In this document: one piece after another, positions 41,562 through 53,197 of the stretch
Position numbering within the stretch: the first letter of the stretch is position 1
Layout of the letters: every line of letters begins with the position of its first letter
Assembly (NCBI GenBank): GCA_951406725.2
Contig: OX597817.1
Location: forward strand, 3,348,001 to 3,412,000
Source of the DNA: Octopus vulgaris
Taxonomy: Eukaryota
DNA: 64,000 nucleotides
Reading direction: 5' to 3'
Notes under the pieces: model-generated
The model's input: only the letters and a program-made list of their open reading frames with translations
Told to the model about the DNA's origin: nothing
Database searches by the model: none
Made by a program: the position numbers and the translations under genes

Positions 41562-41867
41562 TTTTTTTTGTTCCTTCTCGAACCATGCCTGGCTCATAAG
41601 GGCCGGTTTCCCGGTTTCCTTGGCATATAGGTTCTCCACCTGGACGGGACGCCGGTCCATCGCAGGTGAGCTGCAAGATGCAGGAGGAAAGAGTGAGAGA
41701 AAGTTTTGGCGAAAGAGTCAGCAGAAGTTCGCCATTACCTTCTGCCGGAGCCGCGTGGAGCTTAGGTGTTTCGCTCATAAACACACACATCGCCCGGTCT
41801 GAGATTCGAACCCACGATCCCTCGACCGCGAGTCCGCTGCTCTAACCACTAGGCCATGTGCCTTCAC
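41562..41867 (-). mobile_element. SINE family B, full length with TSD
   Basis: 12-bp TSD agataattatgt at 41550-41561 and 41868-41879; intact A/B boxes. Confidence 0.94.
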
Positions 41868-42309
41868 AGATAATTATGTCCATCTGCCTAAATCTACTTA
41901 GCTACAAAATAAGTACCAGTTATACTGGATAAAATTATGCAAGATATATATTAATATTATTGCTAAGATATTTGTCTCTATCTGTTCAATTAAACTGAAA
42001 GCTAATTTGATTACTAGTCTTATAGTAATCATGGAAAATTGGCTTTTCTTCAAAGAGGCATTTTTTAATAGTAAATAGTTTTATCATCTAAGTAAACATG
42101 CATTGGTACTGAGTATGAAAAACTTTGACTGATACGAGCAGGAGAAACTTTTAAGGATTCTGCAATATAAACAGATGATAGTTACTGGGTATTGGGGCTT
42201 ACAGATGCAAGGATGCCGAATCGTGTCAAATAAACACATTTTTGGTTACAAAGATATCCAAGTTAGTGTAGATGAATAAATGGGTATTAAAACGATGAGG
42301 ATGATGTGA

Positions 42310-42530
42310 TAATGGCCTAGTGGTTAGGGCAGCGGACTCGCGGTCGCAGGATCGCGGTTTCGATTCTCAGACCGGGCGTTGTGTGTGTTTATTGAGCGAA
42401 AACACCTAAAAGCTCTACGAGGCTCCGGCAGGGGGTGGTGATCCCTGCTGTACTCTTTCACCACAATGGCGGTGCCCCAGCATGGCCACAGCTCAAGAGC
42501 TGAAACTGGAAAAACAACAAAAACAACAAA
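42310..42530 (+). mobile_element. Chimeric SINE: family-B-like tRNA-Arg head with family-A-like tail
   Basis: tggcctagtggttagggcagcggactcgcggtcg...ggctccggcag joined to ggcggtgccccagcatggccacagct...ctgaaact and an (AAC)n tail. Confidence 0.75.
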
Positions 42531-42567
42531 TAAGCTTCCTAAATGATGGAGAAAAAAATCTATTTAT

Positions 42568-42775
42568 ACTCTTTTGCTTGTTCCAGTCATTAGACTGTGG
42601 CCATGCTGGAGCACCGCCTTTAGTCGAGCAAATCGACCCCAGGACTTATTCCTTGTAAGCCTAGTACTTATTCTATCGGTATCTTTTGCCGAACCACTAA
42701 GTTACTGGGACGTAAACACACCAGCATCGGTTGTCAAGCGATTTTGTGGGGGGACAAACACAGACACACAAACAT

Positions 42776-42808
<33 letters not shown>

Positions 42809-42987
42809 GATATACATATATACGACGGGCTTCTTTCTGTTTCTGTCTACCAAATCCACTCACAAGGCTTTGGTCAGCCCGAGGCTGTAGTAGAAGACAC
42901 TTGCCCAAGGTGCCACGCAGTGGGACTGGACCCGGAACCATGTGGTTGGTAAGCAAGCAACTTACCACACAGCCACTCCTACGCCTA
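42568..42987 (-). mobile_element. SINE family A, full length
   Basis: Colinear with 2201-2599 and 52072-52532. Confidence 0.92.
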
Positions 42988-43372
42988 TGTTTAATTATCA
43001 GTCACACAATAATCATGATTATGAAACTTATTAGCAAAACATTTGTTTCAGATATTTGATATAAGTAATATGACTATAATTTATAGGCAAATTTACGTGA
43101 CTGTTGTTATTATTATTATTTGTAATTAATTAATTAATTCTGGTTCTCATTATTGAGCTTTTGTCAAGCAGAATGTTGTGAAACAGCCTTAACTACCACT
43201 TGAAATCATTCCACTTTACTTATGTTAATTATGTCTTTCCCAAAGAAAGACGAACCTTTCAATATTTTATTCTTTAAAATATAGGGCCTTTGCATTCCTT
43301 CAAAAGTCATTAGTACCTAATTGATCAATCCTGCTTAGTTAATTATTTTGTGATTTAGGTAGTTTGGATATA

Positions 43373-43750
43373 CAGGGTGTCCCAAAATTAAAGCAACCAA
43401 CGTTTTTCAATTTTGCCACAGCAAAGTATTGTTATTTGTCGGGTGTGAGTGTTGCAATGCAATCGTAAGGGAAACACAATTATTACTCTACCAAATTTAT
43501 TCTATATGACTCCCTTCTGTTTCGAATCACAGCCCTTAAGTCAAGGTGCGAATGCTTCAGACGCAGCACACAATTGTTCTTGTGGAATCGGCGCCCATTC
43601 CTTGCGTAGTTCTGCCTTAAGAGCATTGAGTGAAGTATGAGGGGTGCTTGAGAAGCTTGTCTCCAAAATGAACCAATTCAATGGGCCGAGACTGGGGCTT
43701 CTTGAGGGCCATAAATCCTTGCCTATGAATGACTGAATGTTTTATTGTAG
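43373..43750 (-). mobile_element. Tc1/maT-like transposase C-terminal relic with TIR
   Basis: Minus strand FIGKDLWPSRSPSLGPLN (WPxxSPDLNPLD motif)...PHTSLNALKAELRKEWAPIPQEQL; TIR TA|cagggtgtcccaaaa. Confidence 0.85.
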
Positions 43751-43967
43751 GTAAATGCTTTATACTATGATTTCACTCTCCCTACCCCATTAGGATTAGC
43801 CTGCAAATTTAGCTGCTATAAACTTGTCTGAAGTATACTCTTACTGAACCAAATGGTTTTACTTCAAAGAAATCTTGATTTATGACTTTGCCACTTAAAT
43901 TGTGTCTATCTATTTTGCTCTGTCCATAAAGGATTTCTCTTAGATTTGATAAACTAGTTATATAAAT

Positions 43968-44031
<64 letters not shown>

Positions 44032-44075
44032 TGTGTGTGTGTGTGTATGTGTGTGTGTGTCTGTGTGTGTGTGTC

Positions 44076-44115
<40 letters not shown>

Positions 44116-44154
44116 GTGTTTGTGTGTGTGTGTGTAATATAGACGTCCACTTTG

Positions 44155-45090
44155 TGTAGGTCCCCAGGATGTTGCAGTAACTGGTTCTGAAGCGCGATGT
44201 CATTGCTGGGAACTTTGGCACAGTGCAATATCGACCCGTTCCGGTTTGGTATAGGTTTCAATGCCAAAATTTGGCACAATTCCTTCCAGGATCTTCCAGA
44301 TCAATATTACTGCATACCTCTCCCGCATCCGCTCCAGGGAGTTCAGTCTTAACTGTTTCAGCGTTTCCCAGTAGCTGAGCTGTTGCAATGGGGCGATCTT
44401 CTTTGTGAAACTTCGCTGAATTGCTTCAAGGTCCGCAATTACTTTTACACTGTTGGCTGTACATAGCTGGGAGAAGTAATCCAGGATACTGAGGACGAAT
44501 GTCCTCCAGATGACCAGCATGGTTTCCCTTTCTTTGATTCCTGAACGTTCTCAGGATCCATACGGCCAGTCATCTGCACTTTGTCGCCATCCTAGTAACT
44601 GTGAAGCAGCGATCCAAAATGATATTCGCCCTAGTTGGTCTGAGTACAACTTGCTCCATGAATAGGGCATTCGTGAGATTGAGCAGGAACTCTATCTGTG
44701 CTTGTTTGCAATGAGTCATTCTTGAGGGCATGAGGCCTTTGCGCCATTAGATATTGGGAAAATTGAAATCACAAATAAGAAATCGCTCACGTGGTGCTTC
44801 AATTTCATGAGGATTTCTTTAATTCTTTTGAGGCAATCTTCAAACTTGCCCATGTGATTTGGAGCATCCGGATGGCGATATGTATTGCATATGACTAAAT
44901 TGTCTTGTCTTATGTATACAGTTAGAGTGACACATGCTGAATTTGAGAGTGACAGTAAGAACTTGGGTATGAGGTCATCACGAATGTGTACAGAAACTTC
45001 ACCATGGCTCCTTTCCCTTCTGTCTGATAGCAGTATGATATATTTTGGTACGTGTACTTCTGCATCAGGTGGTGCTATTAAGTTAGACAT
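44155..45090 (-). mobile_element. Internally deleted copy of the CR1/L2-group LINE, inverted relative to 45720-48203
   Basis: APE part (PDAEVHVPKYIILLSDRRERSHGEVSVHIRDD) fused at about 44600 to the C-terminal part (LEAIQRSFTKKIAPLQQLSYWETLKQLRLNSLERMRERY). Confidence 0.9.
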
Positions 45091-45133
45091 GGCCTGGACC
45101 AATCATTGGTCGAAACATATCTAAGTTTATCTA

Positions 45134-45189
<56 letters not shown>

Positions 45190-45354
45190 TAGTTTTAGAG
45201 ACAGAACCACTTTCAACTCAATATATTTACTTAAGCCTGTGGAATTCATTGATTTTTTTATTTTTAAATGAATACAAATGCTGTGCTATCCTTTGTTTAA
45301 TTTTTTTAGATGTTGAACCAATATATGTCATGTATGAATTTTCGCCATTATTTC

Positions 45355-45374
45355 TATTATTATTATTATTATTA

Positions 45375-45420
<46 letters not shown>
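45355..45420. repeat. (TTA)n microsatellite
   Basis: Directly visible. Confidence 0.95.
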
Positions 45421-45421
<1 letters not shown>

Positions 45422-45719
45422 TGCGAATTCGTTACAAAGCCTTTACATTTATCACTATCGTTTTGTATTTCACTTTTTCTTGCAACGACCTCTTCGTTTA
45501 CATTCTATTTGAAAAATTTACGGTAAGGTATTCGTTACGAAACATCTTTCATTTCCCTATCGTTTTTTTCACATTATGTTTTTCCTGCAGTGGCCCTCCC
45601 TACCTATTTTCCGCTTCCTATCATATCTTCGTTACCTGCTACTCCCCTCTCTCTTTCATACCTTCAGCTTCCTCTCTCCTTCCCTTTCATATCTTCCTCC
45701 TTTTCCCCACTTCCGCTCT

Positions 45720-48203
45720 TCAAAGCAGCTGAGCAAGGGTCTGTTTTGTGCATGGAGCAAAAGACTGTGCCGCAGTTGACCTGGCTACATCAAATGCAAA
45801 CAAGGAACCTTGTCCACCACTGTGCAAGACTACCACAATCAAAAGACACGAGGCGGCCTTCCCTATTGCCTGCACAGTCGTCACGCCAATATATTTACTA
45901 AACATTGGGGGCCTATTGCATCACAACAAGAAAAGCAAAATTTTTTCCTGAGAGCCTTATGCATAGGACTCATGGAAACTCATCTCAGCCCTGATATAGA
46001 GGAAGCAGAAGTACACCTACCAAACTATGCCATACTGCGAACAGACAGAAGGGAAAGAAGTCATGGTTGAGTTGCTGTGTACATTTGTGATGACATCACA
46101 CCCCAGGTCTTACTGTCATACTCAAATTCAGTATGTGACACTCTAATTGCATATATAAGACAAAACAGTATAGTCATATGCAATACATATCACCCAAGTT
46201 TGAAGATTTCCTCACAAGAATTAAAGAAATCCTGATAAAACTGGGACACCACATGAGCGTATTTCTTATGGGTGATTTCAACTTCCCCAATGTCAAATGG
46301 CCTGAAGGCCTCATGCTCTCAGGAATGACTCGCTGCAAGCAAGTACATGTGGAGTCCCTGCTCAATCTCACCAATGCCCTATTCATGGAGCAAGTTGTAC
46401 TCGGACCAACTAGGGTGAATAACATTTTGGATCTCTGCTTCACAAACAATATAGACATCGTTCATGATGTGAAAGTGACGCTGACATTAGTTTCGGATCA
46501 CAGCATAATAAATCTGTCTATGTATAGACCAAAAGTAGCTCAAGACATACAGCCTAAATAAAGCACCCATAATCTCTCTAATCTGAACTTCCACAAAGCA
46601 GACTGGAAATCGATCCAAACAGAGATCATCAGACAAGACTGGCTGAAATGTCTCTCCACACAAGACATTGGCATGAAACTAGAATATTTCATGTCTGTTA
46701 TGCAAACCATATGCCAGAAATATGTCCCAGAACACAAGGCCAAACACAAAAAGGAACACGATCCCAAGGGAGAGGAAAATCCTCATGAGATGATGGACAA
46801 AGGTTTCAAATCGCTTCAACGAACATTCCAAAAGTAGTGAAAGGTCCCGCCTAAAAAAAGGGAGATTGCAAAAAGCCTGCAACAATCCTATGTGAAGGAG
46901 TGAGCAGACAAAGAAGCCTGGGTTATAAAAAACATTAAGTCAAACCCAAAAGCCTTCTTTCATTATGCCAAAGAAACAGCCTCAGTACACTGCAAAATAG
47001 GACTCTCTTCCAAAAGTATGGGTCCCTCACTGATAATCCAATGAGGATCAGTGAGGTACTGAATGGCCAGTTCAAAAGTGTCTTTAACCACCCCCGTTGG
47101 AACACAGGCTAGTGAATGAACCTGTGGATTTCTTTACCACCTCACAATATAACCAGCAAGGTAGTTACGATGGATTACATCGACATTAGTGAAAAAGATA
47201 TACTAGTAACCGTAGATGAGGTGGACAGAATCTCAGCTGCTGGTCCTGATGGTTTCCCAGCAATCCTCCTCAAAGCGTGTAAACGTGCCCTGGCGAAACC
47301 TCTACAGATTCTCTTCCAGAGCTTTTTCCAAATGGCAGGCTGCCAAGCAAACTAAAGGAGGGAATAATATGCCCAATCCATAAAGCAGGAAGCAGAGCAG
47401 ATGCCAAAAATTATAAACCTATCTTTCTGACCTCACACATCAGCAATGTCATGGAACGGATAGTCAGAGGGAAGCTAATTGCATTCATTGAAGAAAACGA
47501 CTTGCTGAGTGATACCCAACATGGTTTTTGATCAGGTAGGAGCTGTCTGACCCAGTTCTTACAGCACTATGACTGGGTGTTGAGGTAGTTACTTAACAAC
47601 TCAAATGTGGACGTAATATACCTTGACTTTGCAAAAGCTGTTGATAAAGTGGATCATAGTGGATCATGCCACAAAGTGTGTGATCTCAGCATAGCTGGAA
47701 AACTTGGTGAGTGGTTACATGACTTTCTGAAAGATAGAAGTCAGGCAGTAGTGGCCAATGGAGCCACCTCTACGAAAACACAAATAGTGAGTGGTGTTCC
47801 ACAGGCCACTATCTTGGGACCACTGCTTTCCATAGTGGCCCTCTCAGATATGCCATCAGCTGCCAGGATAGCAACCCTTCTTAGCTACGCAGACAATACA
47901 ATAGTCTCACAGAAAATACAGAACCCCAGCGGTGATGTACACCTGCAGCAGGAGATGAACTCATTGCAACAGCTCAGCTACTGGGAATGGATGAAACAGC
48001 TAAGACTGTACTCCCTGGAATGAAGGCTGGAGAGGTATGCAGTAACATACATCTGGAAGATCCTGGAAGGAATTGTGCCAAATTGTGGCATTGAAAGCTA
48101 CACCAATGCCAGAACAGGTCGACATTGTACAGTGCTAAAGATCCCAGCAATGCCATCGTGCTTCAGGACCAGTTACTGCAACAGCCTGGGTTTTAGAGGC
48201 CTT
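45720..48203 (+). pseudogene. Decayed LINE ORF2 (APE endonuclease + reverse transcriptase), CR1/L2 group
   Basis: LLNIGGL, METHLSPD, MGDFNFP, NNILDLCFTN, SDH, AAGPDGFP, DVIYLDFAKAVDKVDH, SGVPQATILGPLL, SYADNT (YADD mutated); many stops and frameshifts, and an internal deletion near 47960. Confidence 0.93.
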
Positions 48204-48207
48204 CGTT

Positions 48208-48278
<71 letters not shown>

Positions 48279-48289
48279 GTGTGTGTATA

Positions 48290-48510
48290 TGTTTGTGTGT
48301 CTGTTTTTGTCCCCCCGCCCTCCAGCTTGGCTTGACAACCGATGCTGGTGTGTTTACGTCCCAGTAACTTAGAGGTTTGGCAAAAGATACTGGCAGAGTA
48401 AGTACTAGGCTTACAAAGAATAAGTCATGGGGTTGATTTACTCAACTAAAAGCAGTACTCCAGTATGGCCATAGTGAAACGACTGAAACAAATAAAGGAA
48501 TTTAAAGAAT
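48290..48510 (+). mobile_element. SINE family A 3' half
   Basis: gcttgacaaccgatgctggtgtgtttacgtcccagtaacttagaggtttggcaaaaga...gactgaaacaaataaa. Confidence 0.88.
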
Positions 48511-48537
48511 ATATATTTATATATGTATATATGTATA

Positions 48538-48739
48538 ACTCTTACTTGTTTCAGTCATTTGACTGCGGCCATGCTGGAGCACCGCCTTTAGTCAAGGAAA
48601 TCGACCCCAGGACTTATTCTTTGTAAGCCTAGTACTTATTCTATTGGTTTTTTTGCTGAACTATTAAGTTACGGGTACGTAAACACATCAGCATCGGTTG
48701 TCAAACGATGTTGCGGGGGACAAACACAGACACATAAAT

Positions 48740-48820
<81 letters not shown>

Positions 48821-48986
48821 TACGACGGACTTCTTTCAGTTTCCGTCTACCAAATCCACTCACAAGGCATTGGTCAGCCTGAGGCTATAGTAGAAGCCAC
48901 TTACCCAAGGTGCCACGCAGTGGGACTGCACCTGGAACCATCAGGTTGGCAAGCAGCTACTTACCACACAGCAACTCCTGCGCCTA
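48538..48986 (-). mobile_element. SINE family A, full length, tail-to-tail with 48290-48510
   Basis: Colinear with 42568-42987, with an expanded internal (TA)n. Confidence 0.92.
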
Positions 48987-48993
48987 TCTGTAT

Positions 48994-49041
<48 letters not shown>

Positions 49042-49043
<2 letters not shown>

Positions 49044-49416
49044 AGCAAAACGATCCCCCCACCCGTCCAATGATCGGTGCTGAGTTGTCAAACATTTAAA
49101 CCAAATTTTCTCACAACTTGTCCGACCGTCCCATTTTGTGGCATTATTTCAAGTCAGCCAGCTTTTTTGCGCATTTTTCTCGCATACACGTAGTATCGAT
49201 CACAACAGCTGATGTACTTGCACGTACAAATGCACGTCCCACGACTTTATTGATCACATTCTCCCCTGGAATCGATTTTTGTAATTTTTTCAAGACTCAT
49301 ACACGCCCTGATACCATCGGTATCTACATATCAAATTTGAGTGCAATTGGATGGAGGATGTCCGAAATCCTAGAAGACACACACACAGACAGACAGAACG
49401 GATTTTATATAATAGA
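49042..49416 (-). mobile_element. Non-autonomous Helitron-like element
   Basis: Minus strand A|TCtattatata...(CTGT)n...cgatc-n-gatcg hairpin...CTTG|T: 5' TC, subterminal hairpin, near-CTRR end, inserted at an AT dinucleotide without TSD. Confidence 0.7.
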
Positions 49417-49554
49417 TATATACCATACAGCTCTCTGAAGGCTTTTATTTGATTAGCTCCTTTGAAATGAAACCAAACTTCCCTTTGTGAACAAATCATA
49501 GCTAAGGTTTTGGTAGTACCTTTGCTATATGTTTATCATTAATATAATTATGAG

Positions 49555-49748
49555 AAGGCAGTGAGCTGGCAGGATCAATAGCGTCTCTTTTGGTTCTTTA
49601 TATTCTCTGTTCCAATTCTGCTGAGGTTGACGTCTTTGCCTTTCATCCTTTTGGGGTGTTAGAATAAGTACTAGTCAAGTACTGGGAATGATGTAATCAA
49701 TGATGTTCTGCCTTCTAAAATTGCTAGCCTTGTGCCAAATTTTGAGAG
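49555..49748 (+). mobile_element. Nin/Deu-domain SINE (family C)
   Basis: aggcagtgagctggcagga...tttgcctttcatccttttggggtg...aataagtactag...aaaattgctagccttgtgccaaattttga. Confidence 0.82.
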
Positions 49749-49909
49749 AAGTATTAAGATTATGAGACCTTTTTATTGATATCTTTATTATTATTAGATA
49801 ATTTCTACTTAACACTTCCTTTATCTATTTATTGTGGCTTATCTAACACAAAGGCTAGGCTTCTTTGTCTCATATACTGATTGAACACACACACACACAT
49901 ATATATTTC

Positions 49910-50246
49910 AAAATAAAAATCAAATGGAAATTGTAGTCAAGATACCCGTGCTGGTGACACGTAAAAAGCACCATCCGAACGTGGCAGATACAGGCATCGC
50001 TTGACTGACACGTAAAAGCACCAACCGATCGAGGCTGTTTGTCAGCCTCCTCTGGCACCTGTGCCGGTGGCATGCAAAAAGCACCCACTACACTCACGGA
50101 GTGGTTGGCGCTAGGAAGGGCATCAAGCTGTAGAAACACTGCCAGATCAAACTGGAGCCTGGTGCAGCCTCCTAGCTTCCCAGACCCTGGTTGAACTGTC
50201 CAACACATGCTAGCATGGAAAACGGACGTTAAATGATGATGATGAT
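49910..50246 (+). mobile_element. RTE LINE 3' UTR-derived repeat
   Basis: Three cacgtaaaaagcacc-like subrepeats, gtggttggcgctaggaagggcatc, (TGA)n tail; same tail as 50510-50862. Confidence 0.75.
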
Positions 50247-50254
50247 ATATACAT

Positions 50255-50285
<31 letters not shown>

Positions 50286-50509
50286 GAATCTTTCACTCTT
50301 GATTCTCTTACAATACTTGCCATTAGGTAGAATCTTGCATTGTAGGAAGATGTACTGAAGCCTCTTTCTAAATCCTTAACATTGTCTGTCTAAGACACAT
50401 CTTTATTAGTATGCTGGTCTATAATAGGTTGATGGTTTTCTTGCTTAAACCCTGAGCAACCCTGATCAAGGAGTCCTGTGATCAAAAGCATTTCACCTGT
50501 GCCGATCTC

Positions 50510-50862
50510 TAACTGTGGAGGGAACCTGTGGAAGAGGAAGACCCAGGAAGACATGGGACAAGGTGATGAAACACGATCTTTGGATTTTGAGTCTCACGGT
50601 GGCCATGACAAATGATGAAACCCACTGGCAATTTGTTGTGCTTGAGAAGACATGTCAGGCCAAGTGAAATCATTGTTGTGGCCAGTGCTGGCGAAATGTA
50701 AAAGGCACCACTATACTCTTAGAGTGGTTGGCATTAGGAAGGGCATCAAGCCATAGAAACCAAACCAAATCAAACTGGTACAACTCTCTGGTTTACCAGT
50801 TCCAGTTGAACTGTCGAACCCATGCCAGTATGGAAAATGGATGCTAAATGATGCTGATGATA
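50510..50862 (+). mobile_element. RTE-clade LINE 3' end
   Basis: VEGTCGRGRPRKTWDKVMKHDL...HWQFVVLEKTCQAK* (GRPxxxW motif), then 3' UTR and TGATG tail. Confidence 0.85.
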
Positions 50863-50886
50863 GAAAATATATAGTGTGGCTGTGCA

Positions 50887-51050
50887 TAGGCACAGAGTGG
50901 CTGTGTGGTAAGAAGCTTGCTTCCCAACCACATGGTTCTGGGTTCAGTCCCACTGCGTAGTACCTTGGGCAAGTGCCTTCTACTATAGCCCATGGCTGAC
51001 AAAAGGTTTGTGAATGGATTTGGTAGATGGAAACTGAAAAAAGCCCGTCA
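50887..51050 (+). mobile_element. SINE family A 5' half
   Basis: taggcacagagtggctgtgtggtaagaagcttgcttcccaacc...ggaaactgaaaaaagcccgtc, running into (TA)n. Confidence 0.88.
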
Positions 51051-51112
51051 TATATATATATATGTGTATATATGTATATATATATATATATATGTATATG
51101 TTTATATATATG

Positions 51113-51182
<70 letters not shown>

Positions 51183-51310
51183 GGGTGTGATTCGAAGGCG
51201 GTTTGGTTACTGTTTCTAGTAGTTTAAGCAATCATGTAGAGGCTAGCTTAGGTTAATAAATGGATCTGAAATAAACTCATCAAACTAATGAAACTTAATT
51301 ATATACTGCT

Positions 51311-51533
51311 TTGACCCTTTGACTTTCAGATTACTTCGTCAAATTTAATGTTTAATTATTTACAATGTTTTAAATTACTCATATGTTATCTCACTGCTTA
51401 AATATTTCAATGATTGTATATCTTTGGAATGACAAATTAGTGCAGGTGTGAAAAGCTGGATTTGACTGGTTTGAGCAAAAAACAGATAGTATATTTGGGC
51501 TGGATATGGTCAGTTTAAATGCTAATGAGTTAA
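51311..51533. mobile_element. piggyBac-like MITE, diverged
   Basis: Ends ttgaccctttt / atgagttaa approximate TTAA|CCCTTT...AAAGGG|TTAA; I recall the body as a common octopus repeat. Confidence 0.5.
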
Positions 51534-52071
51534 GTAGTAAACTGTTTCTGTCGCTAATACTAAGTAATATTGAAAACTTACATGTGTGCTTGATTTTACT
51601 TGATACACACTCTGAAATCATTATTTGGTGACCCATATCTTACAGTCACAGCTGTCACTTCATAATTTTGTAAACAAAAATATTTAACAAATTCTGATAA
51701 GCTTTTTTTTTTCTGATATATTCCTGTATATCAAATTTAATTCTCTTTCATCAAAGAAAATATGTTGGTATATCACTTCTGTTAAGTAACAAAAGAAATA
51801 TGGAAATGTTGCTAACAACAACAATGGGCTAAAGGACAAACTTTGATGAATTGCCCCTAGACTTTAATGTTAATTTTAAGATCCTAACTATCAACTGCTA
51901 TAATAAAATATAGTTTAAATCCATTTTCATATTTTCTAAAACTGTGAAGAAAAACCGTGAGCATGTCTCAAGAAAACATCATTGCATGACACACCCCCCT
52001 TAAACAATTGCAGTGCTAAACTAGAGCCCTCAGATACGTATGTATTTACTCATGCATGTATATATGTACCT

Positions 52072-52289
52072 ACTCTCTTTCTCTTTTACTCTTTTACTCG
52101 TTTCAGTCATGTGACTGTGGCCATACTGGAGCACTGCCTTTAGTCGAGCAAATCAACCCCAGGACTTATTCTTTGTAAGCCTAGTACTTATTCTATCGGT
52201 CTCTTTTTGCTGAACCGCCAAGTTATGGGGACGTAAACACACCAGCATCGGTTGTCAAGAGATGTTGGGGGGACAAAGACAGACATACA

Positions 52290-52353
<64 letters not shown>

Positions 52354-52532
52354 CAAATACATATATACGATGGGCTTCTTTCAGTTTCCGTCTACCAAAT
52401 CTACTCACAAGTCTTTGGTCGGCCTGAGGTTATAGTAGAAGACACTTGCCCAAGGTTCCATGCAGTGGGAATGAACTTGGGACCATGTAGTTCGTAAGCA
52501 AGCTACTTACTACACAGCCTCTCCTATGCCTA
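52072..52532 (-). mobile_element. SINE family A, full length with (AAAAGAGT)n tail
   Basis: Colinear with the other family A copies. Confidence 0.92.
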
Positions 52533-52699
52533 TATTTTGGTGCCCCTGGTGTGTATGAATGAATTTTAAAAAATTGTTATACTCTTGCTGATTTTCTTGT
52601 TTCAGATTTTCAAAGAATACTGGTAAGGAACATGAGACATTTGCCCTTGAGACACTCTGTTACTTCTGCCAATTATTAATAATAAACATATATGCTCAT

Positions 52700-52865
52700 A
52701 TTTTAACGTCCATTTTCTTTGCTGGCATAGGTTGGGTGGCTTGACCGAGACCTGGAGAACCAGTGGCTGCACCAGGCTCAAATTTGACTGGCAATGTTCC
52801 CACAGCTGGATGCCCTTCTTAATGCTAACCACTCTGAGAGCGTAATGGGTGCATTTTAGATTCCA
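52700..52865 (-). mobile_element. RTE 3' UTR-derived repeat
   Basis: Reverse complement of the 50090-50235 type sequence (acagctggatgcccttcttaatgctaaccactc). Confidence 0.7.
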
Positions 52866-52894
52866 CCGGTACAAGAACGAGTCAATCACATTCA

Positions 52895-53134
52895 GATAGG
52901 ATTTTGGCAGCATTCGCCAACTTAAACAAGGAGACCGCCCAGAAGAGTTGCAGGAGATTCTGAAGTTGTCTGGAGGCCATGGTTGAAGCCAATGGCGATT
53001 TTATTTAATAAATTTACTCTTTAATATTTCAAGATACTTTTATGTAATTTTGGTAAATATGTCTGTTAAAATGAGATATCAGTGTTATTTTCATTTTTGC
53101 GTAATTTAGACAACAATATATTCATTGCACCCTG
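52895..53134 (+). mobile_element. Tc1/maT-like transposase C-terminal relic with 3' TIR
   Basis: RILAAFANLNKETAQKSCRRF*SCLEAMVEANGDFI*, then ...gcaccctg|TA. Confidence 0.8.
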
Positions 53135-53139
53135 TACAT

Positions 53140-53197
<58 letters not shown>

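Noticed and set aside
42574-43059. 161-aa ORF with apparent paralogues at 2227, 48698 and 59491
   Set aside because: Antisense translation of SINE family A.
51329-51445. Exon defined by tttcag| and |gtgtga
   Set aside because: Lies within a piggyBac-like MITE and has no credible reading frame.
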